The notes beneath the pieces were generated by a model, which saw nothing but the letters and a program-made list of their open reading frames with translations, was not told where the DNA came from and ran no database searches. Source: Podarcis vaucheri (lineage: Eukaryota). Taken from it: a stretch of 64,000 bases of DNA. The stretch lies in assembly GCA_965113315.1 (NCBI GenBank), contig OZ220364.1, one strand, 5' to 3'. Both the position numbers and the translations under genes were made by a program. Shown in pieces: positions 1 to 14,100 of this stretch. Within the stretch, counting starts at the first letter, position 1, and each line of letters opens with the position of its first letter.

Positions 1-1890
1 CTGGGAGGGGTAAACTACATTTCTGAGGATTGTTTGGGGGAAGCTTTCCCTGCCAGTTGCAGAAGCAGAAAGTTGTTTGGAATTGGCCTGAGTTCTTAAA
101 TAGAAGAATTCACTGGAAGCAGAGCTGGTGACAAAGGTCAGCAAAGCTGAGGATCTGCTAGGATCCATATGCCGTCCAAAATGGTTGCCAAAGCACAGGA
201 TCATTTCGAGCACATTTTAGGTAAGTTTCAGTGCAAAACACTGAGAAATAGAGGAAAACTCTAAAGCTATGCATACCTGTACACAGAGAACAGTGCTACT
301 TAAAACCAGTGACAGAAGTTTATAACAGCACAAATCAGACTAAAAACAAAGGTGGAGGAAAGGACTACACATTTTTGCCAACCCCAGTAATGTTGGCAAA
401 TACTGGTAATGTGCATTGGGTTAAGATATCCCTGCCCTGTCTCCACCCACTGGTGTGTACATGGAGCAAGAGGTTTCAATACACATCAGACTATGCCAAT
501 ATATATAGCAGCATGCAGTTCAATCTGAAACACAGTGAGAGAAAAAACAGCCTCACTGTGTTTTAAGCCAGCAACGCATACATGACTTAATTCTTGGCTG
601 GTGGGAGTGGCTGAATTGGTTCTGGCAACTTCCACCATCACCTCAGGTAGGGGGAGTGGCTCTGTGGATAAAAATAAAGAAATTGTTCTACATTTCCTGA
701 TCTTTGCTGTTGAGGCTGAATGGTCAGCCACTTCATTTTGTGTGTGTTATTTTTAAGTGTACACGTACTCAGCAGCACAGCTGTGAATAAAGCTGCGTAG
801 ATTGTTTGGTTTTAAATTTTCTGCAAAAAGCACATCCACATTATATGTGCACAGCTGTCCATAACATTGGCTCTACTAAACAAAAACAAAACAAAAAAGA
901 TCCCCTTGAATTTACATTATTTTTACAAGGGACCACTCCTCTGAAACATCATTAAATCACAGATCACGTCTATGGTTACAGATTGCACTGCAAAATTCAC
1001 AGATCATACTGTAAAAATTATGGATCTTGTGCTTCTCAGCATTGCCATGGCACAAAAACATGGGTCTTAATCATGAACCCTCATAATTTTTAGGCAGAAT
1101 GCTACTGAAAACGCCATCAACTTACACATCAGATCCAAACCCACTCACGGAACAATAAAAACCATGTTTCCATCATCAGGTGAAAACATGTATCTGAACC
1201 ACAGGTATCCTATGAAAAAGATAGTGTGAATTCAAGAGGATCTGTTGTTGCACAGCTGAATCCAACTCTTATTCCACAGCTTTGCTGTAATATCCAAGGT
1301 AGAGTTAACCATTGTTTCTCTCCCCAACTCATTTCTCCTTTGAAGGTAATGTTTTGTCTAGGCTTCCCAGTTGACCTCCCTTCTCTCTTTCATTCCCCTC
1401 CCCACTAAAACTACTAGGAGAAGGTAAAAGCATATGGACTCTCAGAAGAAAGCCCCATTGACTTCAGTTGGTATTTCTCTTGGGTACCGAATTGCAAACT
1501 AAGAGTGTCATGGGGGACACTTATTTAACAACAACTATTAATTTATATTAAGGGAGAATGAGGCAAGAGGATGGTGCCAAGGAAGAAAACAGGAATTATA
1601 GAATTGTAGCGTTGGAAGGGGACCAGAAGAATCATTTAACATAGGAATCTTTTGCCCAGTGACTTTGGGATAAAGAGTCTCATGCTCTACTGAATGACCC
1701 ATCTTCTGTTTGAATCATGACAATGGGGATTTCAATGGAGAGGGGGGTGCCTTTGACTTTCTTGTTGGTTTGGGGTAGAAGTCTGGAGAATGCTTTCCTG
1801 GGTGCTTCTCTGTGATGCACGACCCTTTTGGTAGGAATGAGAGTTCACTGATGGACACAAGCAGCCCTGTTCAGCAAATTGGCTGGTCTT

Positions 1891-2223
1891 ACTCTTGAGA
1901 GTCCCATGGATCAAACCTCTCCATTCTTAAGGAAATCAGCCCTGAGTGCTCACTGGAAAGACAGATCTTGAAGCTGAGGCTCCAATACTTTGGCCACCAC
2001 ATGAGAAGAGAAGACTCCCTGGAAAAGACCCTGATGTTGGGAAAGATGGAGGGCACAAGGAGAAGGGGACGACAGAGGACGAGATGGTTGGATAGTGTTC
2101 TCGAAGCTACCAGCATGAGTTTGACCAAACTGCGGGAGGCAGTGGAAGACAGAAGTGCCTGGCATACTCTGGTCCATGGGGTCACAAAGAGTTGGACATG
2201 ACTAAATGACTAAACAACAACAA
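1891..2223 (+). mobile_element. BovB (RTE) LINE 3' fragment
   Basis: LKLRLQYFGH.MRREDSLEKTLMLGK.EG.RRRGRQR.RWLD ORF end and (CAA)n tail. Confidence 0.93.
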
Positions 2224-2494
2224 ACACACAGTCCAGTCTCCATGGGGAGCACACATTGTGCTTTGGTTCTTTCCCCATATAGGAAGATGAAAGAGAGGCT
2301 CAGGAAAGCATAGCAACCCACAAAATGTTGTGCACACATTCACCTGGGAGGAAGAGGGGGAGAGAAGGGTTTGTCTCTTGAACAGCCCATTTTATCTAAA
2401 ACCACCAGCCACTCCTCATACACTCTAAACACAGGTGTGCAACACAGAATCTCAAAATAAAAACAGCAGGTGTTTATTTATTGTCCTGTGAACA

Positions 2495-2670
2495 CAGAAG
2501 GGCCCTGCTGGATCTGGCCAAAGCTCTAACTAGCCCAGCACCCTGTCTTCACAACAGCCAACCAGATTCCTATGGGAAGCCCACATGCAAGACTTGATAA
2601 CCCTCCTCACTTGTGATTCTCAGGGACTGTTTATCAGAACATAAGCACCATGACTAGTAGCCATTAATTC
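2495..2670 (-). mobile_element. CR1 3' UTR relic (related copies at about 19340-19410 and 24730-24836, plus strand)
   Basis: CCCTGCTGGATC.GGCCAAAG...TAG.CCAGCA.CCTGT...CCAACCAGAT pattern typical of squamate CR1 3' UTRs. Confidence 0.65.
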
Positions 2671-4289
2671 CTTTTAAGTAGAATAACAGCACAGTGACGC
2701 CTTGGAAATTAAAGATGCTTCAGTGTGGATGTGGAGATGATCCTTCACTTTTCCTCTCCGCATCTTCCTCTTGATAGAGAGATGCTGCTCTTCCCCCCCC
2801 TCTCCCCTCCCATGCTTCTTTCTGAAGCCTCAATTTGGTTTCTGGAGTAGTTGTCAAGAGCTGCTGCTCTCTTCATCATTTCAAGCAAATTAAAGAAAAA
2901 ACAAGATTACACTGGTGGTGTTTCTGAAGATGAATGCCATTGTACAAATGCCATCTCGACAGATGTCTAAGGGGGATTGATGGCATGCACAGGGTGCTTA
3001 CTATCGCTTCTATGCAACAAATCAAGTTATTGTCCCACAGGAAAGAATCTGTTCTCCCACAGGAAAGGTGTCATCATGAGAACAAGGAAACTGAGTGGAC
3101 TTCCTGTGGCTGGAGGAAGTGCTATTAAAAAAATGGCACACAACTAACAAATATGTTAGCTTTTACCATTAGACTTCAAAAAACAAGCTTCCTGTAAATA
3201 GTCTTCCTCCTCCTTTTCTTTTGGAAATAAGGGATATCACTCAAATTTATACAACCTTACCCCTAGAAGTTTGGACATCTTCCCACAAATCAACTTTGCC
3301 TCTCGCTCAGGAAAAATGATTACAGCAACCAGGTGAGGGGGTCATTTTTAGGAGAGAATTAGGGTTAAACACCCCCTACTAGTCTAGGTCTCTGAAACAT
3401 CCCTCCTGCAGTTGAAAAAAAAAAACCATGGGGTTGGAAATCCCACATTGCACTTGTAAAGTTTAATTCCACCCTAGGACAATATGCAGTTCTGGTGAAA
3501 TGCTCCTTCTAGTAATGTTTTGGTGAGGTATGTGGAGTTTAAAGAGGCAGTTTTTCATCAAGACAGACTTAGTTGGGTCAGCAATTATATTAGGGGGGGG
3601 GGGGAAATAACTAGGAGTAATATATCTTCCCACTCTGTTGCAAACTTTTGATTTCCTAACGCAGCCACGATGCTGATCCTTTGCTGCTGTACCAGCACTG
3701 ATTTTCTACACTGAAACTCTTCTGAGTAAGTAAAACGTTTTCTCCTTTATCTGTGTCATTGTCTTAAGACTCCCTTTTGCTCCAGAATACTACTGTGTGC
3801 GTGTTAATGAGTTTACTATTATTTATCACAGAATCATTTATTACTACTTCTTTTAAAAACCTATTTCCACTGATTTTTTTTTTTAAAGGGAGCAGAGTTA
3901 ATGCCACATGAGTTCTGCTTAACTATTTCTCCTGCACACTTTAAATATCGTGTTCCTCCTACTATTGGCTCAAAATACCTCGGTCTGTGTTATATTGTTG
4001 GGGTAACCTTTCCTTTATGAGCCAGTGCTGGCGTGGGAGACAGACGGTGTGGGGGGGAGTCATCCCTCATCCCACCCCATCGGAATTGGAGGGGAATTGT
4101 GATAAGCGAGCTTAGGACAGAAATGTGACATGGGGGGGGATAACAACTCAACAAAGAATGCCATACCACTACAACGGGTCGTCTCCTCCCTATTAACCCA
4201 CAAAGAAGCCTTTGACGATTACACTTCATTACTAGCCATTTCTTTTAAAGCAAATTGTGCTTCAGAAGCAACATAGCTTGTTTGCGCTC

Positions 4290-5420
4290 CAATACCCCAG
4301 GGCGCGTAAGCTCTTGTTCCCGTTTTACAGATGGGAAAAGTGAGGCTCAAAGTGACTTGCCGGTGGCCGCGCGGGATGTCATTGAAAGACCCCCATTCCC
4401 CATCCCCGGCGCAGCCCCGCCTCGGAAAGGAGCCTCCGCTCCCTTAAGACACACCAGACGGTCCTCCTCTCCAGCTGCCCCCCCCCCGGCTCACCACTAG
4501 TCCCTGCTGCCCCGACGGGGAGGTCGCCACTCACCGTCTCCGAGGAGCAGCTCCTCGCAAGAGTACCAGATGCCGGCGTGAAACTTCCGGTCGACGAACT
4601 TGTCGTCTCCGGTCTCCCAGATGTACTGGACCACGTTGCTGTCGTTGGGGCCCCCGGAGGTGTTGAAGCGGATGCAGTGGGTGCCCCCTCGGAGCTCGCT
4701 GCACATGGGCTTGGCCACTTTGCGGGTCCCTTCGCACCAGTAGCTGCTGCTGAAGGCGGTGATGGAGAAGGTGAGCGACAGGCAGCTGAGCGAGAGCGCC
4801 GCCGAGGCTCGCTGCCGCCGGTCCACCCCCATCGCGCTGAGGACTGCCGCCTTGCCGAGGCTGCATCCAACGACGCCGAGCGAGGACGGGACGGGGCGCA
4901 CGGGAGGGAGGCGGGAGAGAGAGGCACCCTCGGGCTGCTGCCGCGCGCCTCTTGGCTAAGCCCCTGCTGGTGGAAAAAAACCCCGCTCTCAAATCGCCGG
5001 TTCCCCTCGCAGCATCCAGCCTGTCACCAGGCTGCCGCTGGCCGTTTCTGAAGGTGAGGCGAGCAGGTGGGCAGAGCTGCCAAGACGCCTCCTTCCCGCC
5101 CCCTCTCTCAGCGCAGGATGGGAGCCGGGGATGAAGAGGGCTGAGCCTCAAAAACCTGCCGCCTCTGCCGGAGCTCAGCGCGAGGAGGCTCTCCAAGAAT
5201 GCCTCTGAGCATACAGAGTGTATTTCTTTCCCCGCGGAGCAATGGGAACCCAGTCACCCTCCCCCCCCCCTCAAAAAAAAGCACGGGGGGAATGGGATAA
5301 GGAGACAGAGCGCCAGGTGAAAAGCTGCAAACAGACGCCAGCCCCACGAGTAATCACTTTTATCAAGTCACGCGCCACGGCGCTGGGAAGCTGAGACCCA
5401 AAACCACACAGAGGCAGGGA
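4290..5420. promoter_or_regulatory. CpG island spanning GSG1L2 promoter and exon 1
   Basis: Sharp rise in GC and undecayed CpG around the start codon, against CpG-poor flanks. Confidence 0.8.
4535..4832 (-). CDS. GSG1L2: Germ cell-specific gene 1-like 2 (claudin/PMP22 superfamily), first coding exon; remaining exons presumably left of the window
   Basis: MGVDRRQRASAALSLSCLSLTFSITAFSSSYWCEGTRKVAKPMC...YIWETGDDKF..RKFHAGIWYSCEE matches GSG1-family motifs. ATG at 4832, phase-1 donor G|GTGAGT at 4534. Head-to-head with GLP2R as in mammals, which supports the L2 paralogue. Confidence 0.9.
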
Positions 5421-5689
5421 TCAGGCTTGGGAAAGGTGAGGAAGGAAATGCGGGCAAGGGGAGCAAAGAATGAAAACACACGCACACTTCTCTTACTTAA
5501 GTGCAAAGTGAACACCGGAGGACTTGCTTTCCTGACTATCTTGGGAAAGGTGCCAATGCTTTGTTTGTTTGGAAAGTCAAGTTTCGCACCATCTGCATAA
5601 GTCCTGGTAGTGCTGCACACCTTGGAGCCCAGGGAAGTAGCATGGGAAAGAGCCAGTGCGATGTAGGAGTTGGGGTGTGGGACACCCAG

Positions 5690-5860
5690 TGCACATTTAA
5701 AGCATGCGGTTTCACTCAAAGAATCCAGGGAGCTGTAGTTTGTTAAGGTTACTAGGAAGTGTAGCTCTGTGAGGGGGAAACTACAGTTCCCAGGTGAGGG
5801 GGAGCCATGGAATTTCAGTGTGCACTGGATGTCCTATTTAAATGTATGGTGTGGATCTGC
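5690..5860. repeat. Palindromic interspersed repeat (TTTAAAGCA...GGGA.CTGTAGTTT...CTACAGTTCCCAG...TTTAAATG); related copies near 17960-18100, 32275-32430, 53000-53180
   Basis: Several diverged copies within the window. Confidence 0.6.
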
Positions 5861-8119
5861 CTTGCTGCACAATTTCTGAGAAGCGAGCCCCATTGAATTT
5901 CATGGACTGTACCTCTTGAGTAAATACACATAAAATTGCGCAGTCAGAGCACTTGGATTTTAGAACTACAGGAGGAGATGGCGCTTCCATTTGATTAAAC
6001 CCTCAAACATCAGTTTAAGATTGTGGGCCAAGTTAATTATTGCAGGCTTTCCAATAACATTTCTATTCCCATTTTATAAAGCCGGAGCTGAGAGACACTG
6101 ATTTGTTCAAGGTCACCGCAAGTAATGGACGATCAGGGATTCTTCATAACAGATTCATTTCCTTGGGATTTTTGTTTAATCCCCTTTTCCTTCTGCACTT
6201 ATCCATTTAGTGTAAGTATTACATCACGGCTTGAACAAACCAAACACTGTTTTTCTCCCTGATCCAGTAGTAATGTACAGTGCCCATGTTTTCGCCGTGG
6301 CATTATATTTTTAAACATGATGTTTTCTAGTTATATACGGCCTAAACTTGGAGGTGGTGTGGGAGTGAGTACAGGCACTGGAGAAAACAAAAACCTGCTC
6401 CAAAAGAAAAGGGGGAAAGGAGCTCAGATTAAATGCCGAGCCAATAAACTTTTCTTTCCTTTTCTTTTTTGCTGTTTTAGCTAATTTAGGCACTGTGGTG
6501 TGTTGAACTTTGGTTTAGCCTCCACATACTTGCTCTAGTAACTTAGTTGATTTGGGGGCAGTGACTAGATCTCCCTGAATTGATCTGTTTGGCCACAAAG
6601 TGTCTGTGTACTTTTTGTGTCAAATAGAAGGGATGGGGCAGTAAAATCTGACTCCCTCCCAATGTGACCTTTCTACTCTGGGATGCGTTTAGCCGTTTCC
6701 CCCCAAGCAAGGCCAGTCCTCCACTTTAGGCAAAATGAGGCAGCTGCCTCAGGCATCAAATGCGGGTGATGGTGGTGCTGCCATTAAGGTGTTGGAGAAC
6801 AGGGTTGTGTATGCTAAACAGCCTATCCTTTCCTCCACTAACTTAATCAGCTGTCCTCCTGGCAAAGGAGAATGTCCCATTCCCAGTGCTCAAGTAAGAT
6901 TCAGCGCTCATGCCAATCAATTTCTGTGTGTGGAACTGAGGGAGGGGCATGTTTGTCCTTTGCCTCAAGCAGCAAAATATCTTGGGCCTGCCCCTAGACC
7001 ACTTCACTTTCATTATCGGAGTGGGGCTAAGGGGAAATGGCTGTTCGGTGATTTTGCTCCCCTCTCCATGTGCTCATCAGCCCTCCGACCTCTCCATCTT
7101 ATGGTTTGTATGGCCCATTTAGCCCTTTAAAAGGTTATATTCAGTTTCTTGGCAGAGCTTTTAACACAGGTCTGCAGCAGCGGGTGCAATTAATTCAGTG
7201 TGCACAATTAATTCAGTGTGCCTCCGTTTAATGCATTGCAAACAAAGCCACAAAAGTACCAACCCAGGCACATATTTGTTAACCATGAGTGGCTAATTAC
7301 TCCAATTAGGACAAAACCCCCAAAGCTTTGCCCCTCCCCCCACTTGGTCACCTGGAATTTATTTTTACTCACCACTGGTGAACAGGAAGTGGCTATATAG
7401 AAGCCTGAATTATGTTCACGTGACAATTCTACTCAGATCTGGGATCACTTGATTTTCTCACAATGCTGAAGCTGGGCAGTCTCAGAGACAAATTGAAATC
7501 CTCTATAAAGGTGAGAATATACTTTAAAAAAAAATTAATGACAAAATGTCTGGAGGGGGTAATTCCATGACTATTGTAGCAAAAGCAACAGGTTTGTGAA
7601 ACTTTAAAGCCGCAACAGATTCTATTCGTTTTTAAGATGCCGCAAGATTGTTTTGTGGTTTTCAGATGAAGAGGTCACTGCAGTATGGGTGATCTTCAGT
7701 TGACAAACAAAGATAAATCAAGGAAGATAGTGAGCCATTGCCTTGGTTAGAAAAAGAGATTGTATCACACTTATGTTTCTGTATGACTACATGGTACATG
7801 AAAGAAGTATGTGAGATCTTGCATACCCTTGATGTTCTTAGGCAGGGACCAGTGGCCTCCCAGCTGGTGTTGGGCTCTAACATCCATCATTCCCAGCTGG
7901 CATGGCCAGTGGTTAGGATGTGGTCCAACAACATCTGGAGGGTCATAGGTTCCCATCCCTGATCTTAGCCATCTGTGCAGAGAGCATTTAGCATCGTGGA
8001 AGTGCTATTAAGGTCTAGAACATCTCACCCAAGCTATTGTGATGTGTGGGGGGAATTGTGTGCCCTTCTCTGTGTGTCCTTGAGAAGTTGGACTGGCTTC
8101 CTCCTTGCTGTCCTTCTAT

Positions 8120-8325
8120 TCCAGCAGGCCTTTGGGAACCAAATGTTTCTGAGGAAAGAGCTGTTGCTGTGATGTTTTTATTGTGGATCTTTTAATATTA
8201 CTTTAATTCTGTTGGGGTTCAATGACATTTTGATTGTCTTTTCTACAGTTTTAGCTTGTTTAATTTGTGTAAGGCACATTGAATCCCAAATTGGGGGGGA
8301 AAGGAGGGATATAAATAAATACTAG
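8120..8325 (+). mobile_element. L2-type 3' end relic
   Basis: T-rich tract followed by TGTAAG.CAC.TTGA...GAAAGG.GGGATATAAATAAAT. Confidence 0.55.
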
Positions 8326-11300
8326 AATAATAACAATCTCACTGTAGATCTATTGCCAATGCCGATCACATGAATACCCCTGCCTCCCAGTGGGTTATGC
8401 AGATTACACAGCAACCAGCTGTGTTTGGCCGCTGCCTTCCCCTTCCCCAAACCAAGGAAAACATGTCCCAGACCTGTGGAACATATGAATTCAACCTTCA
8501 ATATAGGGGCTTGCGGCAGTGTACAGCATGAGATAAATGACCCTCCTGTTCTCTGTACTGATTTACCAAACACATATTCCGGAACATTTGAGAAATGAGG
8601 CACAGCCATATCTGATACAATTTCCCTGCACCCAATTCTTCAGCCTCCTTTAATGTGCCTTTGAAAATCCTCCTTCCTAATGCTAACAACTCTTTCTAAT
8701 TGCAGTTCGTTTTATGCCTGTGCTTCTCTGTGTCTTCCCTGAGATTCCTTATCGTTACAAAACTCCTGGTGGTGCCACATTAGTCTCTTTCTACCCCCCC
8801 TTCCCTTCCTTTCATTTGCATAAAAGCATGCTCACTTTTGCATCTTTAACATAGACTCATTAAGACAATGCTTTCCGTGGGTGCTTTTTCATTTAGTTTT
8901 CCTAACCATCAGCCAGGCTGGCAACCCTACAAGACATAAAGTACCTCTGCCCTGGTTACACCTTGTAGAACGTGTCCACCAACCAAGTGGCAAGTGACAA
9001 GATGGATCTCCTTATGCTGATTTCCAGTTACTCCCAAATTAAGTCAGGAAAAGATGTGAGCATAAGCACCCATGTTACTTTTCCTGCCTCAGGCCAAGAT
9101 GTCTTTCCAGGAAGACATTTTAAGATAGTGAAAAGGAAGTGGGTAGCTGGGTTTTAGGTGCTCTTCCTGGTCACCCTCAGGGGCATACCTAGGGGTTGGT
9201 TAGGTTGGCCCCTGCCAAGGGTGCAGGCCGAGGAGCATGCAAAAATCATGCCTCTCCCCTCTGGCTCATTAGGTTGAGAGCTGCAGGTTGCCTACAGATG
9301 CCTAGATTGTCTTCCTTCACTGTCCTTATTTAAGTAATGAGATGAAAGTGGGAGCTTCCAGTTCTAAACCACAGGACCATCCATGGCCTGGCCTGACCTA
9401 CCCCACACGGCTTTTTGTGAAGAGACAGAAGGACATATAAATCAGCTGGAATAGGGAAATGTAGTGCTTCCTACAAATTTGTTAGTTTTTATTAAAATAT
9501 TATTCTTTTGTTGTATTTTACTTTGGGTGTTCCTTTTCGGAGAAGGGGGACCTTATTTGGGGGAACTGCTCCATGCCCCCCCCCGACCACCTTAATCTGG
9601 CCTTTTGAAATTCAAACGCCGCTCATTTAAAGACTTTGTTCATGTCCGCTTTCCTTATTACATTGTTCCCACGCCTTCCCTTTCTTTTGAAAACTCGCGT
9701 AATGAATGTTTTCTCCCCATTTGCCAATCAGCCTCCATTTTCAACCAATTCCACCCTATTAGTCAAGATCAGTGCAAAAATAGCTGCTACCTAATTATTT
9801 TCCCCACCTTTTGGAGTCAGGAGTTAAGGCTGTGACACATATCAAGAGCTTACAGAACATACTGTGCTTCATTAGACTTCCCACAGATATAGGGGGACTA
9901 ATTCGTAGGGCAGAGTTCTCTACTGAACTTTCTACACTTTGTTGCATTCGCCAAAACCAAAATCTCATCAGACTACATTATACAAATTACCCAACGTTTG
10001 CATAGATACACTTGATTTGCAAAATTTAAGAGTACTTAAATGTTATTTTTGGAAACTAGCAATGTTTATTCAGCAGGGTTCTATACACCTGCCTGGCAGG
10101 GCTTCTTAACGAAGGCCTGCAGCTGGGCTTTCTGCTAATAGTCCAAGGAAAGTGGTGTGTGCAGCAGTTTGATGGTGGGGAGCAATTCAGTGGCTGGCTG
10201 CCATTAAGGCTGGAGTGAGGAAGACCGGACCTCTGACTCTGATCATACTTGGGATCATGCTGGTCTGTGGAATAATTTGATAGAAAACAGTCAATATGCA
10301 ATGGATGATGGACTTGTGCTGAAGGCTAGACTCTACTTCAGCAGCTTCAGGATGGGGAAACTTTGAGCAGAGAAGCAATGGGATGGGCTCTTTTGGACAA
10401 TATTCTAAATCTTCCAAAAAAAGCCAACCCCACCAGCCCCCACTTCAAGTTCCATGTTCAGGTTTGCAGCAAAGTTTGCTGGTCTGGAACACAGCATGAG
10501 CGGCAACACCTTGAATGAGCATGATTTGGAGCTGAAAATTGGCCTGTGGGTATAACCTCCCCCCAAAAAAAACCTTCTATGCTCTAAATCACTCCCTCCT
10601 GAAGCTGCTTTTCAATAAGCAAAGTGGCCATCAAGCTTCAAACACACACGTGTTGTATGTCTAGTTTGACTCTTGGGTTATCTCCTTCGACAGTCTCTAG
10701 CAGATCATGGGTGCTTGTCTTTGAGAACTGGTAATTATACTGTCCTTTAGACTCATCTTTATAGATGAACCCATGTCAGATTTCTTAAATGTGCTGGAAG
10801 ACCACAGTGGCAAATGCAGATTTCACTCGGACACCAACAGCTCTGCATCTGTGAGCAATCCGTGTATGGGTTGGGTGCCCACTGCATTGTGTGGATTTGA
10901 TTGTGCTCTGAAGCACAGCCAATAAATGGTAAATTGAACTGCAGACCCATGCTAATGCAAAAAAGAGCTCGGGGTGGGAAACCATTGGACACACTGGCTT
11001 AGGGCTGATGGGAGTTGGAGTCTAACAACCCCGGGAGGGTCAAAGGTCTCCTAGTCCTGCTCAAAGTCTTTCGGATTTGCAAGACTTACACACAAGTGTA
11101 GAACCAACAATTCAAATCACAGCATTGTGATCAAAGAGTATTTTCTGCAAGGTTATCCATCATGAACTCAGATCCTTTTCTTTGTCACTACTTTCCAGGA
11201 TATATATTGTAAATATATTTTTAAAATAACTATAATAAGCTTCCTGGTTTCCAGTTAGTATACATTGATGGCCATAAATCCTTGCCTGCTGCATTCAGGT

Positions 11301-12151
11301 CCTTCAACCAGGATGTTTAATCACCTTCAGCATTCTTGGGACAAGCCAATTGTAAACAATCAGATGTAGGAAAAACGTCCCTGTAGACTGAGCTGGTCTC
11401 ATGCAAGAAAGTTAACAAGTCCACAGGATTGATTCCTATATATTCTTCTCATTCAGCCCCAAGCGGGTTGGAGAGAGTGGGAGGGCTTAATTTCCTCTTG
11501 CTGACATATTTCAAGTCTCTGTCCAGTCACCTCGGGGCGGCGGGGGGGGGGGGGGCAGAGCTAAAGAATATCGCTCAGCTGCCTGCATATTGGCAGCTGT
11601 TCAGGAAATGGCCTGTCAGATTGCTGCAGAAATAGGCTTTCCATGCTCATATTTGCTCCAGGACCACCTTTTCATCAACCGTCTTCCAGATAAAGTTTCC
11701 CAGTGACACAAGTCCTTTCCAAATCAGTGGGCACTTAGGAGTGTCATGAGAACAGAACTCCAATCCTGAGTCCTTCGTGATGCTTTTCTTATTCCTCATT
11801 GGCTGAGAGGATTGGCAACAAAAAGCAGATGTGCTTGTAAAGTTTATACTAAATTCTCACTGCCCCCCTTTTTTTCTTTCAACACAGAAGAAGCAAAAGA
11901 AAACCCGATTCTAAGAACTCTGCAGGTTGGAGCAGATTGATTATCTGTTGCTTTTTGCTGACATTCAGGAACTTATTCTAATGGGTAAAGAGTCACTCTT
12001 TGAAAGTGGAGATATTTTCAAAGAACACAGCGGGTGTGACCGAGATTGCTAAAGGAGATCACAAGCTAACTGGGTTGCAAGAGTCAGTGACTTGCTTGAG
12101 TATACAAATTTGCCACCCTGGATCACACTGGAACACCCAGTATTCTGCACC

Positions 12152-12220
12152 ATGAAGCTGTACTCTGGGACATGTCCCACACCCGTCTTTGCAATCACAA
12201 TGCTGTTTCTGATCAAACAG
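12152..12220 (+). CDS. GLP2R: GLP2R exon 1 (signal peptide MKLYSGTCPTPVFAITMLFLIKQ)
   Basis: Kozak gcaccATGA; ends ...IKQ|gtaaga like mammalian exon 1 (..VSIKQ); phase 0 matches exon 2. Confidence 0.85.
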
Positions 12221-13045
12221 GTAAGAAATTTTGCCATTTTAGCAATGATACATTTTAAAACATGAATGTTCCATTGGGCTGACATCTCTGCATACACAAA
12301 ACAGTGCGGCATGTTCACGAGCGGAGCTTATTTCACGGTATGTTGTGCAGCATGTAACTTGTTTTTATAGGGCTTTGCATGGCAAGTTCTTTACCTCTTC
12401 CCTGCCGGCTATTGCTTTTCCTGTACAATTGCAATTGGAGACACTATATGTGTGATTTCAGATTTTCTACACCAAGCTTCATTTATTTCAGCACAGGTTG
12501 ATTTTTTAAATGTTGTCCATTTCCAACTTGTTCATTTCACTTTTGCTATCCTCCCCGCCCCCCTTCTACCACCTATACGACTTGGACTTCACAGAGGAGA
12601 CACAAGAAACAGTGTCTATAAACATATCTTTTTGTGTCCACCACTAAAACCTTCCTAGGTGCTCTAAAAACCTATTAAAAGTCTGCTGTATTCCATAGCT
12701 TCAATAAATGCATAGCATCAGCATATGCGTGCGGAACATTTAACTGTTGGCTTATTTTACCATTAATCAGACCTCTGTTCTCCCTCTGGATGCACATTTT
12801 CCCATTCATGTTGCTGCTTAAGTGTCATGCCTTAAACCACCTTCTGGATAACAGTCTCATTCAGATAACTTTGTGCCTCCAGTCTGCAAATTTTGAAAAG
12901 CCATATTTTCATGGAGAACCAAGTGAATTCGTCACCCGTTGAATCAAAAGGCTAGATTTCAGTCAGCTCTGTTGCCTTTTGAAAGACATTCAGCATGGAT
13001 GATGTCATTACAAAGCATCTCTTGGTTTATGCAAGGTGCTTTAAG

Positions 13046-13047
<2 letters not shown>

Positions 13048-13086
<39 letters not shown>
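13048..13086. repeat. (CA)n microsatellite
   Basis: Direct reading. Confidence 0.97.
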
Positions 13087-13089
<3 letters not shown>

Positions 13090-14043
13090 ATTCAACCTAG
13101 GAAGGAAAATTATTATTGTCGATTAGTGTTCCTAGGTAGGGAGGCACCATCATATTTATATCATTTGTTCTGTTGAGCTACCAGCTGATTAGAAGCAAGG
13201 CAGACAACAGGCTTAACATAGAGGCCAGTTCTGTGAGTCATTATCCTGGCAAATGTGGTATTTGTGAACTGAGACAGGGTGTAATGGCTGTCATGCCAAT
13301 CCAAGCTTACCTGTAGATGCTCCCTGGTGTCACAAGTTAACCCACGGTGTTTGTTCTGTAGCAGCAGCATGGGCACTGCTACACAGGCAAAACAAGAGCC
13401 ACTATAACCTGACTTCCACATATTGACAGGAACATCCACAAAGTGGTCTATATACAAACTCCCCATCCAGGGCCGGCTTCACCATGAGGCAGAGTGAGGC
13501 AGCCGCCTTAGGTGGCAGATGATAGTGGCAGGAAAGTGGATAGAGTTTGTCATCACATGAAGCCCCCATGGTAGAGCCCCATAAGCTAGTCTGCTGCCCA
13601 CAGGTGCAGTGGAGGATGCTCTCCCACCGTTGCCCTTGTCAAAGTAAGATGCAGCTGCCAGTCTGCTCAGCTTTTGTATCTAGAATGTTACAGTGGTGGG
13701 GAGTGTCATGTTGTCCTTTGCCTCAGGCAGTAAAATGTTATGTGCAGTCCCCTGACCCCAATATGGACGTATGTCCTCCACAATGCGAAAATGGAGGGTA
13801 TGCACAGTATGCTTAGAAACTGAACATTTTTGAACACACAAATTAAGAGCTGTGTGTGAAGACTGGGCATGGCCAGCAAGCACAATCCTTGATCCCCCAT
13901 TCTCTAGGTGCATATATTGCCCCTACCTTGATCACCTGCACAGGGCTAATGAGTCTTCTCAAGTTTTAGGAGGCAGCTACCAATGCCAACTAAAACATAG
14001 ATGACACAGAAGTAAGTGATCAGTAGTTGTCAGAAGAGTTCAT

Positions 14044-14100
14044 TCCTCCTCCTCCTCCTCCTCCTCCTCCTCCTCCTCCTCCTCCTCCTCCTCGTCCTCC
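14044..14100. repeat. (CCT)n microsatellite
   Basis: Direct reading. Confidence 0.97.

Noticed and set aside
650-700. Minus-strand KCRTISL as possible GSG1L2 exon 2 (family motif KCRSF)
   Set aside because: No polypyrimidine tract, no suitably placed donor, and poor match beyond KCR.
4379-5196. Long overlapping ORFs (182, 221, 157 aa) around GSG1L2 exon 1
   Set aside because: By-products of the stop-poor GC-rich CpG island; only the MGVDRR frame has family motifs.
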